Source: an uncultured bacterium (GTDB lineage Bacteria > Babelota > Babeliae > Babelales > Babelaceae). Taken from it: a stretch of DNA of 64,000 nt. Each line of letters begins with the position of its first letter. Within the stretch, counting starts at the first letter, position 1. Where the stretch lies: contig OY970332.1 in NCBI GenBank assembly GCA_963717435.1, forward strand, positions 256,001 to 320,000. Reading direction: 5' to 3'. The translations under genes were made by a program, and so were the position numbers. Below the pieces are notes generated by a model. The model saw only the letters and a list, made by a program, of their open reading frames with translations, had not been told where the DNA came from and did no database searches. Shown one piece after another: positions 27,136-38,090 of this stretch.

Positions 27136-29076
27136 GTGGTTATTTCTTTTTGGGGGCAATTTTTAATGGTAAATCTAGAGCTTAATAATAATTTTGATGT
27201 AATCGTCGTTGGTGGTGGTCATGCCGGAATTGAAGCAGCTTATGCGGCTGCAAGGTTGGGCTGCAAAACTCTTCTTGTGACCTTAGACATTAATAAAATT
27301 GGTCTTATGCCATGTAATCCTGCAATCGGTGGTATTGGAAAAGGGCATATAGTCTATGAGATTGGTGCGCTTGGCGGCCTTATGCCTCAACTTTGCACGC
27401 AAACTTATCTGCAAGCCCGTATGCTAAACACTCGAAAAGGGCCCGCTGTTCAAGGTTTAAGATTACAAATAGATAAAATTGCTTATAGCAAACTTAGCCA
27501 AGAATATTTAAAGAAAACTGAAAATTTAACTCTGCTTTCTAGTATGGTAGAAGAGTTGATAGTAGAACCCAGCTGCGATAAAAACCCGCTCGTCCCGAGT
27601 GTTCTACGAAGCGCTAGCGAAGTAGAAAGTATCGAGGGGCGTGGCACGAAAATTACTGGAATTAAGACAAGAGATGGGCAAATTTATAATGCACCGACTG
27701 TAATTATTACTACAGGAACATTTTTAAATGGCCTAATTCATGTTGGTCAGACAAATAAAACTGCCGGAAGACAGGGCGAAGAAGCGGCTGTAAATCTTTC
27801 AACAAGTATAGCAAAACTTGGCCTAAAAATGGGAAGACTAAAAACTGGAACCCCTGCAAGATTATTGCGATCCAGTATAGATTTTAGCGTAATGGAAGCA
27901 CAGGGCTCAGACGAGCTTACACACCTGTTTGAGTTTTACCCGCATAAAGTTACAGGCAAAATGGACTGCTATATAACTTTTACCAACGAGAATACTCATC
28001 AAGTTATAAAAAATAATTTTGAATTATCGCCCATATTTACTGGGCATATTAAGGGTACTCCGCCTAGATATTGCCCTTCTCTTGAAGACAAAATTTCAAG
28101 ATTTGCTGACAAAAATTCCCATCATGTTTTTGTTGAACCTGAAAGTGCTTCTAACGACGAAATATACCCCAATGGGCTTTCTACATCTATGCCACTAGAG
28201 GTTCAAGAAAAATTTATTAGAACAATTAAGGGCTTTGAAAATGCTGTGATTGTCAGACCGGGATACGCAGTAGAATATGATTTTGTTGCACCAAATCAGC
28301 TTAAACACACACTTGAAGTCAAAACTGTTAGTGGTTTATTTCTAGCGGGTCAAATTAACGGGACAACAGGATACGAAGAGGCTGCTGGTCAAGGGATAAT
28401 TGCGGGTATTAACGCAGCATTAAAAGTGCAAAATAAGCCTGAGTTTATTTTTGATAGAAACATAGGCTATATTGGGATCATGATCGACGATCTTGTTCTG
28501 TTGGGCGTAGACGAGCCTTATAGAATGTTTACGTCACGCGCTGAAAGAAGATTAATTTTAAGACAAGATAACGTATACCACAGACTTGGAAAAATATCTT
28601 ACGAACTTGGGTTAATATCTGAGAGCTTATATTCTGATATTCAAAAAGAAAAAGATATGGTTGATGAAGCTGTAAAGCAGATTAAATCTAGCAAAAAAAA
28701 TGTAGAAATAATGCAATTGCTAACTAATGGCAAATTAGAAGAAGCAAAAAAGATTATGCTTGAATGCGCAACTGGCGAAATTACTGAACGTGCCCTTCAG
28801 AGCATACATGCGGAAGTGTTATATGAGCCCTATTTAAAGCGCGAAGAAAAAGAAGTTGAAAAGTCCCATTATTATCAAACATTAAAAATTCCTGAAAATT
28901 TTGACTATAAAAATATTCCCGGATTGTCGATTGAGCTACAACAAAAACTTAAGAAATTTAAGCCTGCCACAATAAGTCAGGCTGGTTTAATTCAGGGCAT
29001 GACCCCTGCTGCTATATCACTTTTAATTTTTAAAGTTAGAGAATATACTGACTTTAAAAATCACACAACTGCGTGA
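27136..29076 (+). CDS. mnmG: tRNA uridine 5-carboxymethylaminomethyl modification enzyme MnmG (with in-frame palindromic insert)
   Basis: [62 protein letters not shown]; probable start ATG 27166. Confidence 0.97.
   Translation: MVISFWGQFLMVNLELNNNFDVIVVGGGHAGIEAAYAAARLGCKTLLVTLDINKIGLMPCNPAIGGIGKGHIVYEIGALGGLMPQLCTQTYLQARMLNTRKGPAVQGLRLQIDKIAYSKLSQEYLKKTENLTLLSSMVEELIVEPSCDKNPLVPSVLRSASEVESIEGRGTKITGIKTRDGQIYNAPTVIITTGTFLNGLIHVGQTNKTAGRQGEEAAVNLSTSIAKLGLKMGRLKTGTPARLLRSSIDFSVMEAQGSDELTHLFEFYPHKVTGKMDCYITFTNENTHQVIKNNFELSPIFTGHIKGTPPRYCPSLEDKISRFADKNSHHVFVEPESASNDEIYPNGLSTSMPLEVQEKFIRTIKGFENAVIVRPGYAVEYDFVAPNQLKHTLEVKTVSGLFLAGQINGTTGYEEAAGQGIIAGINAALKVQNKPEFIFDRNIGYIGIMIDDLVLLGVDEPYRMFTSRAERRLILRQDNVYHRLGKISYELGLISESLYSDIQKEKDMVDEAVKQIKSSKKNVEIMQLLTNGKLEEAKKIMLECATGEITERALQSIHAEVLYEPYLKREEKEVEKSHYYQTLKIPENFDYKNIPGLSIELQQKLKKFKPATISQAGLIQGMTPAAISLLIFKVREYTDFKNHTTA
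27585..27644 (+). repeat. Palindromic element copy F, in frame in mnmG
   Basis: Encodes [20 protein letters not shown]. Confidence 0.9.
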
Positions 29077-29110
29077 TTTTTATTTAAGTAAAATCTTGAT
29101 AGAACCCAAT

Positions 29111-29173
29111 CCCGCTCGTCCCGAGTGCCCGACGCAGCTGAAAGCGTAGACGGGTGTATCGAGGGATGGTGGG
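29111..29173 (+). repeat. Palindromic element copy G (mnmG-lgt spacer)
   Basis: CCCGCTCGTCCCGAGTG-CCCG..CGGG-TGTATCGAGGGATGGTGGG. Confidence 0.9.
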
Positions 29174-29191
29174 CGAAATAAAAATAACTAT

Positions 29192-29989
29192 ATGTACCCA
29201 GTTTTGTTTAACATATACGGCCCGATCGCAGTTCATAGCTATGGCGTTGCTATTGCAATTGGACTCTGTGTTATGACCTATTTTGCATTAAAAAGCGATC
29301 TTGGAAAAAAATATTTAACGCTCGATATCGCCGTGTCTATTCTTTCAGGAAGTATTATATCTGCAGTTATTGGTGGGCGAGCTTTGCACGTTATTAGCGA
29401 ATGGGATAATTATAAAAATAATTTACTTGATGTATTTAGTATCTGGAATGGCGGCCTGTCTTCACTTGGCGCTGTAATTGCCATGGTGATATATTTCCCT
29501 ATAGTTTTAAAAAAATATAAATTGCCGTTACTTCCGGTTGCCGATATCGCGGGAATATATGTCCCATTGTTTCAAGCAATAGCAAGATGGGGATGCGTTT
29601 TTTCAGGCTGCTGCTACGGTTGCAGGACCGATATGTTTTGCGCAATAACATATACAAACCCAGACTGTTATGCTCCGCTCTATGAGAGACTGCACCCGAC
29701 ACAAGTGTATAGTTCGATTTCTTTTTTTATGATTTTTTTGCTTATATATTACATAAGTAAAAATTATTATAAATCGCCCGGACAATTAATATTTACCTAT
29801 TTAACATTAATGGCCGTTGAGCGATTTTTTATAGACTTTTTAAGGGGAGATAGAAATTTGGGGAAAAATATTTTTTTACAATTTTTATCGATCGATCAAT
29901 GGATAGCACTATTAATATTTTTTGCATCTCTAATAGCTTTAATTTATGTAATTTGGAAGCCAAAAGATGAACATCTTCAGCTTCATTAA
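29192..29989 (+). CDS. lgt: Prolipoprotein diacylglyceryl transferase
   Basis: HSYG, IGGRALHV, IWNGGLS, QAIARWGC, LHPTQVY, ERFFIDFLR. Confidence 0.92.
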   Translation: MYPVLFNIYGPIAVHSYGVAIAIGLCVMTYFALKSDLGKKYLTLDIAVSILSGSIISAVIGGRALHVISEWDNYKNNLLDVFSIWNGGLSSLGAVIAMVIYFPIVLKKYKLPLLPVADIAGIYVPLFQAIARWGCVFSGCCYGCRTDMFCAITYTNPDCYAPLYERLHPTQVYSSISFFMIFLLIYYISKNYYKSPGQLIFTYLTLMAVERFFIDFLRGDRNLGKNIFLQFLSIDQWIALLIFFASLIALIYVIWKPKDEHLQLH

Positions 29990-31766
29990 ATCCAACATTT
30001 CTATTTTGGATGTTATATCAGAATATACGACTTTAAAAAAAACCGGCGGCTATTATAAGGGCTCCTGCCCATTCCATCAGGAAAAAACCGCATCTTTTAC
30101 AGTTAGCCCTGGAAAAGATATTTTTTACTGTTTCGGATGCCATGCCGGTGGTGACGTTATATCTTTTATTTCAAAAATAGAAAATTGCTCCCAAATTGAA
30201 GCAGCCAAACTAATTTCTGAAAAATATTCTATAGCCATACCTGATGAGTATACAAAAGCTGGCGTATGGGAGCATGAAAAAGATGCAAAAACTGAAAAAA
30301 TTTATAGAAACTGCCACGAACTAGTCGGCAACTGGTGCCATCAGCAAGTTAATAATTACAAAATTGCGACAGATTATTTAAAATCTCGGGGCATTAGTGA
30401 AAAAACTATATCAAATTTTAATATAGGCTATTTTCCCGCGGGCCCTGTAGCTATTAAGAATTTGATAAGCTATTGCAAAGATAACGGGGTTCTGGCCCAA
30501 GATTTGATCAACGCAAATATTTTAATAGAAAGTAAGCACTCAAACGGATTATACAGCCCTTTTGAAGACAGAATAATATTCCCCATAAAAGATCATTTGG
30601 GAAGGGCTTGCGCATTTGGCGGCAGAGTATTTAAACCAGAAGACACAAGAGCAAAATATTATAATTCACACGATCATGCCTTTTATAACAAGGGGTCTAT
30701 ATTATTTGGTCTTGATATAGCAAAAAAAGAGATCCAAAAACATGAAACTGTTTTTTTGGTTGAGGGCTATATGGACACGGTCATGATGGTCCAGTATGGC
30801 TTTACCAATACTGTAGCAACACTTGGAACCGCCTGCACAACGGAGCACCTAAAACAACTTTCTCGATACGCCCAAAAACTTTCTGTTATTTATGATGGCG
30901 ATTCTGCAGGACAAAAAGCTATTATAAGACTTACAAAACTGTGCTGGGAATTTAATATGGACCTTAACGTGGTGACATTGCCAAAACAGGACGACCCTGC
31001 TTCGTTTTTAACCGGTGGTGGTAATTTACAGGAGCTGGTTGAAAAGTCACAAGACATTTTTGTGTTTTTTATAAACTTTATTTCAAGCGGGTTCAAAGAA
31101 AAAGGCCTAAACGAAAAAATGTCTCTAACTCAGGAACTTATAGAGACGGTGAGCCTAATTTCTGATCCACTAAAGCAAGATATATTACTTCAAAATGCTT
31201 CTAAGGCGTTGGATATCCCATTTGATACATTAAAATCTGAGATGAGTAAAATATCCAAAAAACGCCTGGGAAATGCTCATCAGGAGCATAAAGAAACACG
31301 CATGAAAGTTAACATTTCTGATGAGACCCCAGAGTCTCTTGAAGAAAGTACTATTCTGGAAAATAAATTATTTTATGCTATACTTAATTCAGATGGCGGG
31401 ATCAAAGAGGAAGATGCAGAATACCTTCAGGACAATTTCAGCTCGCCAATAAAAGAGATTTTCATAAAGTTCCGATCATTTAAAAAAAGAGAAGAAAACG
31501 GTGATTTTAAATCATTTTTCGCAATTCTTAATGAAGAAGAAAAAGAGACAGTCACATTTATAATTTTTAAGAATGAACCGCTAAACCAAAGTTTCGACTC
31601 TATATTGTCACAATTTCAAAAGAAACATTGGAAGCAGATAGTAAATAATGTAAAACTTAAAGTTGAACAAGCAAAGACAAGTGGGACAAACTTAGAAGAT
31701 ATTAAGCAAATTTTATCCGAGTTTCAGGTATTAAAAGAAAAAATGTTACGTAGGGGACTCATATGA
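29967..31766 (+). CDS. dnaG: DNA primase
   Basis: CPFHQEKTASF..CFGC zinc finger; AFGGR, KYYNS, VEGYMD, YDGDSAG, DPA TOPRIM motifs. Confidence 0.97.
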   Translation: MNIFSFIKSNISILDVISEYTTLKKTGGYYKGSCPFHQEKTASFTVSPGKDIFYCFGCHAGGDVISFISKIENCSQIEAAKLISEKYSIAIPDEYTKAGVWEHEKDAKTEKIYRNCHELVGNWCHQQVNNYKIATDYLKSRGISEKTISNFNIGYFPAGPVAIKNLISYCKDNGVLAQDLINANILIESKHSNGLYSPFEDRIIFPIKDHLGRACAFGGRVFKPEDTRAKYYNSHDHAFYNKGSILFGLDIAKKEIQKHETVFLVEGYMDTVMMVQYGFTNTVATLGTACTTEHLKQLSRYAQKLSVIYDGDSAGQKAIIRLTKLCWEFNMDLNVVTLPKQDDPASFLTGGGNLQELVEKSQDIFVFFINFISSGFKEKGLNEKMSLTQELIETVSLISDPLKQDILLQNASKALDIPFDTLKSEMSKISKKRLGNAHQEHKETRMKVNISDETPESLEESTILENKLFYAILNSDGGIKEEDAEYLQDNFSSPIKEIFIKFRSFKKREENGDFKSFFAILNEEEKETVTFIIFKNEPLNQSFDSILSQFQKKHWKQIVNNVKLKVEQAKTSGTNLEDIKQILSEFQVLKEKMLRRGLI

Positions 31767-33724
31767 CGGCTAAAAAAATTAAAAAAACTACTACTTCAAA
31801 AACAACTATATCAAAAAGAACTAAAACTGCTCCATCGGCTTCAAGCGCTAAAGCGATAAAAAAAGTTGAAGGACAAAACCTGCAACAAGAACTTATCGAA
31901 GAACTTATTGAGCGTGGCCGCAAAAAAGGCGTTCTTGCTTATGAAGAGGTAATGGATTTTGCAGAAAGAAATCATCTTGGCGAAACTGATACAGCAGAGC
32001 TACTAAAAACTCTTGAAAAAGAACATATAGAGCTTGTTATGCAAGAAGAACTTGAGGCAGATTCTAGCGCACTTGAGGAGTTTGAAGAAGATTCTTCTGA
32101 TAGCAAAATTCTATTTAAATCTCAGATAGAGAGCTCAATAGATAATATTAGTGCCGACGAAGAAGGCGAAGAAGAGGGCGAATCTGAAGAAGCAGAAAAA
32201 GATGTAAGAGAGACTTCTGAGTCAGGTTATATTTCTGATAGCGTTAAATGTTATTTGCGTGATATTGGAAAAATTCCACTACTTAACAAAAAGACTGAAG
32301 GCGTAATATCTGATCAGATATTTAACAGTAAGAAAGAGTCTATCGAAGCTCTTTCTAAGTTTCCGTTTATTCATAAAGAGATTATTTCTATTGGCGATAG
32401 ACTAGCAAAAGATACATTGCCACTTAAAGATAGTGATTCAGTTTTCTGAATTTGACGAAGAAAATTTACCAAAGTATGAAGCAAGAAAAGAAAGCTTTAC
32501 TTGAAAATATCGGTCAGATCAAGGGCTTGGTCGAAAACGAAGTAAAAATATATAAGAGCTATAGAGATAAGCTTTCAAGTGAAGCCAAGAAAAAAGAGAT
32601 GCTTGAAAAAGTAAAGCAAAATAAAGAAGAGATCGCTAAAGCTATCCAGACAATCAAGATATCTAATAAATTAATTAAAAAACTTGGCAAGCGCATAGAA
32701 AAAGCGTTCAATAAAATTAATGAAAAAGAAGAAATTGTTAAACAATTTGAGCCAGTATTAAATAAATATCTTGCAAAAAAGAACCCAACTGAAGACGATA
32801 AAAAAGAGATTGAGAGATTAACTGTTCTTGTAAGAAGTTCTGCAAAAGGGGTTAAGAAACTTGAGCAGGAAATGGGTCTTCCTCGCGATGTGATAGCAAA
32901 ATATTTAAACAATTTATCAAAAGCTCAGTATAAAGATAAAAGAGCTAAAGATGATCTTGCACAAGCGAACTTGCGTCTTGTTGTTAATATTGCAAAAAAA
33001 TATGTTAATCGCGGCCTACACTTCTTGGATCTAATTCAAGAAGGTAATATCGGTCTTATGAAAGCTGTTGAAAAGTTTGAATTTGAACGTGGTTACAAGT
33101 TTTCAACTTATGCAACTTGGTGGATCAGACAGGCGATTACCCGTGCAATAGCTGACCAATCAAGAACAATTCGTGTTCCGGTTCATATGGTTGAAACGTT
33201 AAACAAGATTAATAAAATTAAGAGAACATTTATTCAAGAACATGGTCGTGAACCAGTCACATGCTGAGCTTTCAAAAGAGCTTAATATTGATGAGAAAAA
33301 GATCAAAAATATTATAAAATATCAAAAGAGCCGATTTCACTAGAAACACCTGTTGGTGATAGCGAAGATGCATTTATCAAAGATTTTATCGAAAGTGAAA
33401 ATGATTTTTCTCCTGCAGATACGGTTGCAAGTAGTGATTTAAAAGAGCGAGTACGAGAAGTTCTTAAAACATTAACTCCAAGAGAAGAGAAAGTTCTTAA
33501 GATGCGTTTTGGTATAGATGTTGCATCTGAGCATACTCTTGAAGAAGTCGGAAAAGATTTCTCTGTCACTCGTGAACGTATAAGACAAATCGAAGTGAAA
33601 GCTTTACGAAAGCTTACGACACCCGTCAAGAAGCAAGAAATTGCAAACATTCTTTGAAAAAGAACTTAACTTACTTCTTGAAGAAGATTCTGATATAGAT
33701 AATAATATGGATGATGAAGAATAA
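31763..33724 (+). CDS. rpoD: RNA polymerase primary sigma factor RpoD, interrupted by single-base indels (probably assembly errors)
   Basis: Region 1.2 [11 protein letters not shown]; region 2 [44 protein letters not shown]; region 4 [20 protein letters not shown]; frame shifts near 32432, 32481, 33256, 33318, 33616. Confidence 0.93.
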
Positions 33725-33766
33725 AAAAGTATCGCAGATTACTTTTGTTTAAAACAAGTAAATTTA

Positions 33767-33835
33767 TACACCCGACCCCTCGATACACCCATGCTTCGCC
33801 AAAGCTTCGCAGGGCACTCGGGGTGAGCGGGTGTA
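33767..33835 (-). repeat. Palindromic element copy H (downstream of rpoD)
   Basis: TACACCCG...CGGGTGTA terminal inverted repeat around CCCCTCGATACA...CACTCGGGGTGAGCGGG. Confidence 0.9.
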
Positions 33836-33921
33836 GCGCTTAAGAGATAGTGATTAAAATCTGCGTGAGTTGTAGGTAGTTAAAATTTTGTTTTTATATA
33901 TGTGTTTAAGGGCAAAAAATA

Positions 33922-35220
33922 ATGGAACCGGCCAGTTCGTACTTATATTATAATTTAATAATTTTGGGTGTTTCTTTAATACTTTGTGCAATATTTTCAT
34001 TTCTAGAAACGAGCGTGACCGCGCTTAGATTATTTAAGCTTAAAGAAGTTTCCAAAACCACAGATAAGTATAGAGCGTTATTTGATGCACTCGAGAATAA
34101 TCCCCACCGAATTTTAATTACAATCTTAATCGCCAACAATTTGGCGAACGTAACGGCGGCAACTGCAAGTTCCGGAATTATGGAATTTTTGAGTGCTACG
34201 TTTAATCTCTCAGAAGGTCTAGCTTTCTCTTTGGGCATAGGGCTTACGACTGCAGCAATTTTAGTCTTTGGTGAAGTTATTCCAAAAAATATTGCAAAAG
34301 TTTATGGCGAAAAAATGTTCCCTTCGACGTTATGGTTCATAAATATTATCTTCTGGGCGCTATACCCAATTGTTAACGTACTGGTTAAATTTGCCAACTT
34401 AATTGTAAGATTAATTGGTCAAAAAACTTCTCCTGAGGGAAGCGAATTTGTCACTTCAGAAAAAGAGATACAGTTCTTAATAGATTATATAAATCAAAAA
34501 GGTCTTTTAGATCATCAGAAGACTTTAATGTTGAAAAGTATTTTCGAGCTAAGTAACACGCAAATCAAAGATATTATGGTCCCAGAGACTTCTATAGTCT
34601 CTATTGGTACTGATAAGAGCCTGCAAGATGCGTTAAATCTATTTTCTTTGTATCAGTTTTCAAGAATTCCTGTATTTGATGGCGAGCCTGATAATATTAT
34701 TGGCATGTTGCATCAGAAAGATTTGTTTTTAATTCTTTCCAAAAATCAGGATAAATTACTAAAAGATATAGTAAGACCCATTATATTTGTCCCTGAATCT
34801 GTAAAAGTTTTACAACTTCTTAAAGAGTTTCGAGAGCAACGCATGCACATTGCTATGGTTGTTGATGAACATGGCAGCATGTGCGGGCTTGTTACTCTTG
34901 AAGATGTTCTTGAAGAAATTGTCGGAGAAATCACTGATGAATACGAATCTGTCGCTGAAAAAATTATGCCTCTAAAACCGGGGGCCTGGTTAGTTGATGG
35001 CTCAATCGAACTTGATGATCTTGAACATGTATTAAAAATAGAGTTTGAAACTGAAGATGCTATCACTTTGAGCGGTTTTTTAACCGAACAGATACAAAGA
35101 CTTCCCAAAAAAGGCGAGCATATTTTTTACAAGAACTTCCACTTTCAGATTCAACAGGCTAGCCCTAAACGCGTATTTCAGGTTCTTATTTTTCAAGACA
35201 GCTTGAAAGATCAAGTTTAG
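33922..35220 (+). CDS. CNNM/CorB (TlyC hemolysin-like) DUF21-CBS-CorC protein
   Basis: FSFLETS, FGEVIPK, FSRIPV, VVDEHG, VTLEDVLEEIVGEITDEYE. Confidence 0.93.
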   Translation: MEPASSYLYYNLIILGVSLILCAIFSFLETSVTALRLFKLKEVSKTTDKYRALFDALENNPHRILITILIANNLANVTAATASSGIMEFLSATFNLSEGLAFSLGIGLTTAAILVFGEVIPKNIAKVYGEKMFPSTLWFINIIFWALYPIVNVLVKFANLIVRLIGQKTSPEGSEFVTSEKEIQFLIDYINQKGLLDHQKTLMLKSIFELSNTQIKDIMVPETSIVSIGTDKSLQDALNLFSLYQFSRIPVFDGEPDNIIGMLHQKDLFLILSKNQDKLLKDIVRPIIFVPESVKVLQLLKEFREQRMHIAMVVDEHGSMCGLVTLEDVLEEIVGEITDEYESVAEKIMPLKPGAWLVDGSIELDDLEHVLKIEFETEDAITLSGFLTEQIQRLPKKGEHIFYKNFHFQIQQASPKRVFQVLIFQDSLKDQV

Positions 35221-35240
35221 TTTCGAAAATTAATTTTTTA

Positions 35241-35425
35241 TGGTTCGATACACCCGTCACCCGATCCCGCGCTCGCCCTGAGTGTTTTTCGAACGTAGTG
35301 AGAAAAATGTATCGAAGGGTGCCGGGCACTCCCGCCTACGTTAAAACTACGGCGGACGCAGCACCACGACTTGTGCGTCGTAGCTTGCCAAGCCGGTAGG
35401 CCTGGATAAGCGTAGTCGCAGCGGG
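35241..35425. repeat. Nested composite of palindromic elements (two full copies plus modules 2 and 3)
   Basis: Outer minus-strand copy split into 35241-35255, 35324-35331, 35363-35369, 35420-35425 by three inserts. Confidence 0.8.
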
Positions 35426-35561
35426 TAAAAAATTAATTCTTTTGTTATTGTTAACCAATTTAATTTCCGGATAACATCTGAATCACATATTATTGACTAT
35501 TTAAAACCCGTGTATTTATGCTATTTATATAGCTGTATATGTAAAATTTATTTATTTTAGG

Positions 35562-36500
35562 GTGGCTATGAAGTTTTCAAAATATTTTATACTCAGCGCG
35601 TTAATAATTAATTGCGCAGTTTTAAATTTGCCGATAATGGGTATGGACACTTTGCCTCAAGACATGCTCCTGGAGATTGTTACAAAATTGGGAATAAACA
35701 AAGATGCGCCAACCGAAAAAGAGATATTTCAGGGTTTAGATACACTACGGCTTGTAAACAAAGATCTTAATACTTCAGTGCAAAATTATATAAAAACTTT
35801 AAAATACAAGAACTACGACGAGTTCAAAGCCGGAATAATGCAAAGTATTTTGGCTGAAAGAGCTAAAAAAATTAGCCCTTTACCTGGCAAATCTACAACA
35901 AAAGAAGATCTCAGAAAATTTAAAATCGAGCTTTTAGAACAAGCCATAAAATCTGAAAGTTATACTTGGGCAAACTATAGAAGAAAACAGGAAAAAGATT
36001 TTCAGAAAAATTTGGATCATCTAATCTACAAAATAGTGATGATCGAAGAAAAAAAACCAAGTCTACTAAAAAAAGCAGAAGTTGCCCTAAAATTTGGCGC
36101 AAATCCAAATCAGGATGGTCGCGCAATGCCAAACTTAAATATTATCTTGATGAAAATTAACGAATACAAAGATAATGCCCGCTTCGATACAACTAAAAAT
36201 AAATTTGATAGTGTAGATTCTGAAAAACTAAACGTATTAATCGATTTACTTAAATTATTATTAAAATATAAGGCTGATCCGGAATATCAAAATCAAGAAT
36301 TTAAATCAGATGTTCCCATTGAAGTAGCAAAAGGTTATCTAAGCTCCATAAATAAATATTTTGCTAATAAACCCGGTCCCGGTAAAAAGATAAGTGAAGT
36401 TTTTGAATCTATTATAAAATTATTTAAAAATTCAATCGAAGAAAAGAAAAAGAGAGCAGAAAAAGAAATACGGGCCAAAACCATAAGCGAACTTGATTAA
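35562..36500 (+). CDS. Exported protein with F-box-like and ankyrin-like motifs (putative effector)
   Basis: Signal peptide, then MDTLPQDMLLEIVTKL (F-box-like); ALKFGANPN and LLKLLLKYKADP (ankyrin-like). Confidence 0.65.
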   Translation: MAMKFSKYFILSALIINCAVLNLPIMGMDTLPQDMLLEIVTKLGINKDAPTEKEIFQGLDTLRLVNKDLNTSVQNYIKTLKYKNYDEFKAGIMQSILAERAKKISPLPGKSTTKEDLRKFKIELLEQAIKSESYTWANYRRKQEKDFQKNLDHLIYKIVMIEEKKPSLLKKAEVALKFGANPNQDGRAMPNLNIILMKINEYKDNARFDTTKNKFDSVDSEKLNVLIDLLKLLLKYKADPEYQNQEFKSDVPIEVAKGYLSSINKYFANKPGPGKKISEVFESIIKLFKNSIEEKKKRAEKEIRAKTISELD

Positions 36501-36615
36501 GCTTGTTTAATATTTAGGGTCCAAATTCAAATCTTGACGCAGGTATATTATAAATTTTAAATTTAACTCCAGAGAAAAAATATTAAGAATATTAATCGCT
36601 TTTTCGGGGTAAATT

Positions 36616-37170
36616 ATGGAAATTTATAGTTTTAGAAAAACAAGCTTTAGATCTATTATAATTTTATTGGGTTTTATTAATTTGGCATGTGAAAACGGGG
36701 AAAGCGCAGAACTAAACCAAAAAGAGATCTCCAGATGTGCTTATTGTGGCCAGTGCCCAAATTTTCAAAATAATCAAAATAATTTATACACAAATAATAG
36801 TAATAATAATCAGAATAATAACCCAAATTCTAACCAAGCGGTTTATATCGCAAAAGACCCCACGGCAGCGATAGTTCTGACAAACTTTGCGCAAGCCGCT
36901 GTACATCTTGGAAATATCGTGGCGGACCCGAAAAACAAACCTGTTGTGAGCCAAAATGTATGTAATATTATTGCCGATGTTGCCAACGCCGCCGCGCAAG
37001 CTTTTAGAAACTTAAAACTAGATGAAACTTTGGAATCTTCTAAATATCCTGAAGATTCCAGCTATTCAGAAGAACTGTCACAAGAAACGGCAGAAAAAAT
37101 TTACAGGTTTCTTCTGAAATCAAATTTAGCTGAGAACTTAAATAGTAGCTCTGAAGAAGTTCTGTTTTAG
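36616..37170 (+). CDS. Hypothetical exported protein with CxxCxxC and Asn-rich tract
   Basis: Hydrophobic N-terminus ending LAC; RCAYCGQCP; NNQNNLYTNNSNNNQNNN. Confidence 0.65.
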   Translation: MEIYSFRKTSFRSIIILLGFINLACENGESAELNQKEISRCAYCGQCPNFQNNQNNLYTNNSNNNQNNNPNSNQAVYIAKDPTAAIVLTNFAQAAVHLGNIVADPKNKPVVSQNVCNIIADVANAAAQAFRNLKLDETLESSKYPEDSSYSEELSQETAEKIYRFLLKSNLAENLNSSSEEVLF

Positions 37171-37364
37171 ATTTTAAAATTAATTTTAAAATTTTAGAAC
37201 AAGTTTATAAGACAAAAAACATTGTAATAATAACTTTATCTGGATTTTTATAAATTTTTTGGGTTTTTTGGGGCCAAAAAGCTACTTGCTTTTTTTTAAA
37301 ATTAGCATAACATTTGTCTTGAGCTAAGAAGGGATTGTAGTAATGAAGCTCTAGATTTCTATGT

Positions 37365-38090
37365 TTAAAATCCAAAAAAGACGCCTAATATTCTAGATAA
37401 TAAGCCACTAGTTGAATCTTCCACGCCTTCTTTCTCTTGATCCAAATACTTTTCAGCCTGACCACTTATTGGCAAGCAAGATTTTTTAAGTTGATTAAAC
37501 TCGCGATAATATGCCCCAATAATATTTGGTTCTTCGATTACCAACACATTTTCTTTGTTACTTGCATTAGCCGAACGGGTGCAATTAAAGGACCCTGTTA
37601 GTAAAATTTGCTTATTTTTAACGTTTTTCTCAAAAATAAAAAACTTATTATGCATTATGCAGTGCGTGTTGCTATTATCACTATGCGGCGGCTGGTAAAC
37701 TGTCACAAATATTTTTGCATTTGCAAGCTGGTTAACCCTGCTAAATTTGTCAGCTGCGTAGCCACGATCAACCACAACTTCAACCCTTATTCCACGCTCA
37801 TGGGCATCTATAAGCGCCTTGGCTATATCGGGATCTGTAAAAGAATATATCGCCAGACTTACTCTTTTTTGCTCATGCTCGATAAGATTTATAACCACTT
37901 CTTTAATCGTATCTTGGGGTGAAAATAGTGCCCGACTAATAACCCCGTCTTGATTAGTTAAAATTTTTGAGAGCCTAGCGGTCGAACTTGTTGTCTCATG
38001 TATTAATTCTGAAGCCGCCCAAAATATGCCGATAACAAAGACAAAAGAAAGAAACAAAACAATTTTCTCTATATATTTTTTAATAAACAT
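37365..38090 (-). CDS. Phospholipase D-superfamily (Nuc-like, single HKD) membrane-anchored protein
   Basis: FSPQD, AIYSFT, ALIDAHERGIRVEVVVD, MHNKFFIFE, TGSFNCT..A..NKEN; start ATG 38090 overlaps upstream stop. Confidence 0.88.
   Translation of the reverse strand: MFIKKYIEKIVLFLSFVFVIGIFWAASELIHETTSSTARLSKILTNQDGVISRALFSPQDTIKEVVINLIEHEQKRVSLAIYSFTDPDIAKALIDAHERGIRVEVVVDRGYAADKFSRVNQLANAKIFVTVYQPPHSDNSNTHCIMHNKFFIFEKNVKNKQILLTGSFNCTRSANASNKENVLVIEEPNIIGAYYREFNQLKKSCLPISGQAEKYLDQEKEGVEDSTSGLLSRILGVFFGF

Noticed and set aside
32430-33620. Programmed frameshifting or TGA recoding in rpoD
   Set aside because: Multiple shifts in both directions with no consistent slippery site; TGA acts as a normal stop in mnmG, dnaG, gpsA and others
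33312-33650. Minus-strand 112-aa ORF
   Set aside because: Antisense shadow of rpoD regions 3-4
35241-35425. tRNA or riboswitch (contains GGTTCGAT)
   Set aside because: No cloverleaf could be built; the segment is explained by nested repeat modules
37170-37365. Possible small RNA in the intergenic gap (GAGCT...AGCTC)
   Set aside because: Only a weak short stem and AT-rich palindromes; no known RNA motif recognised
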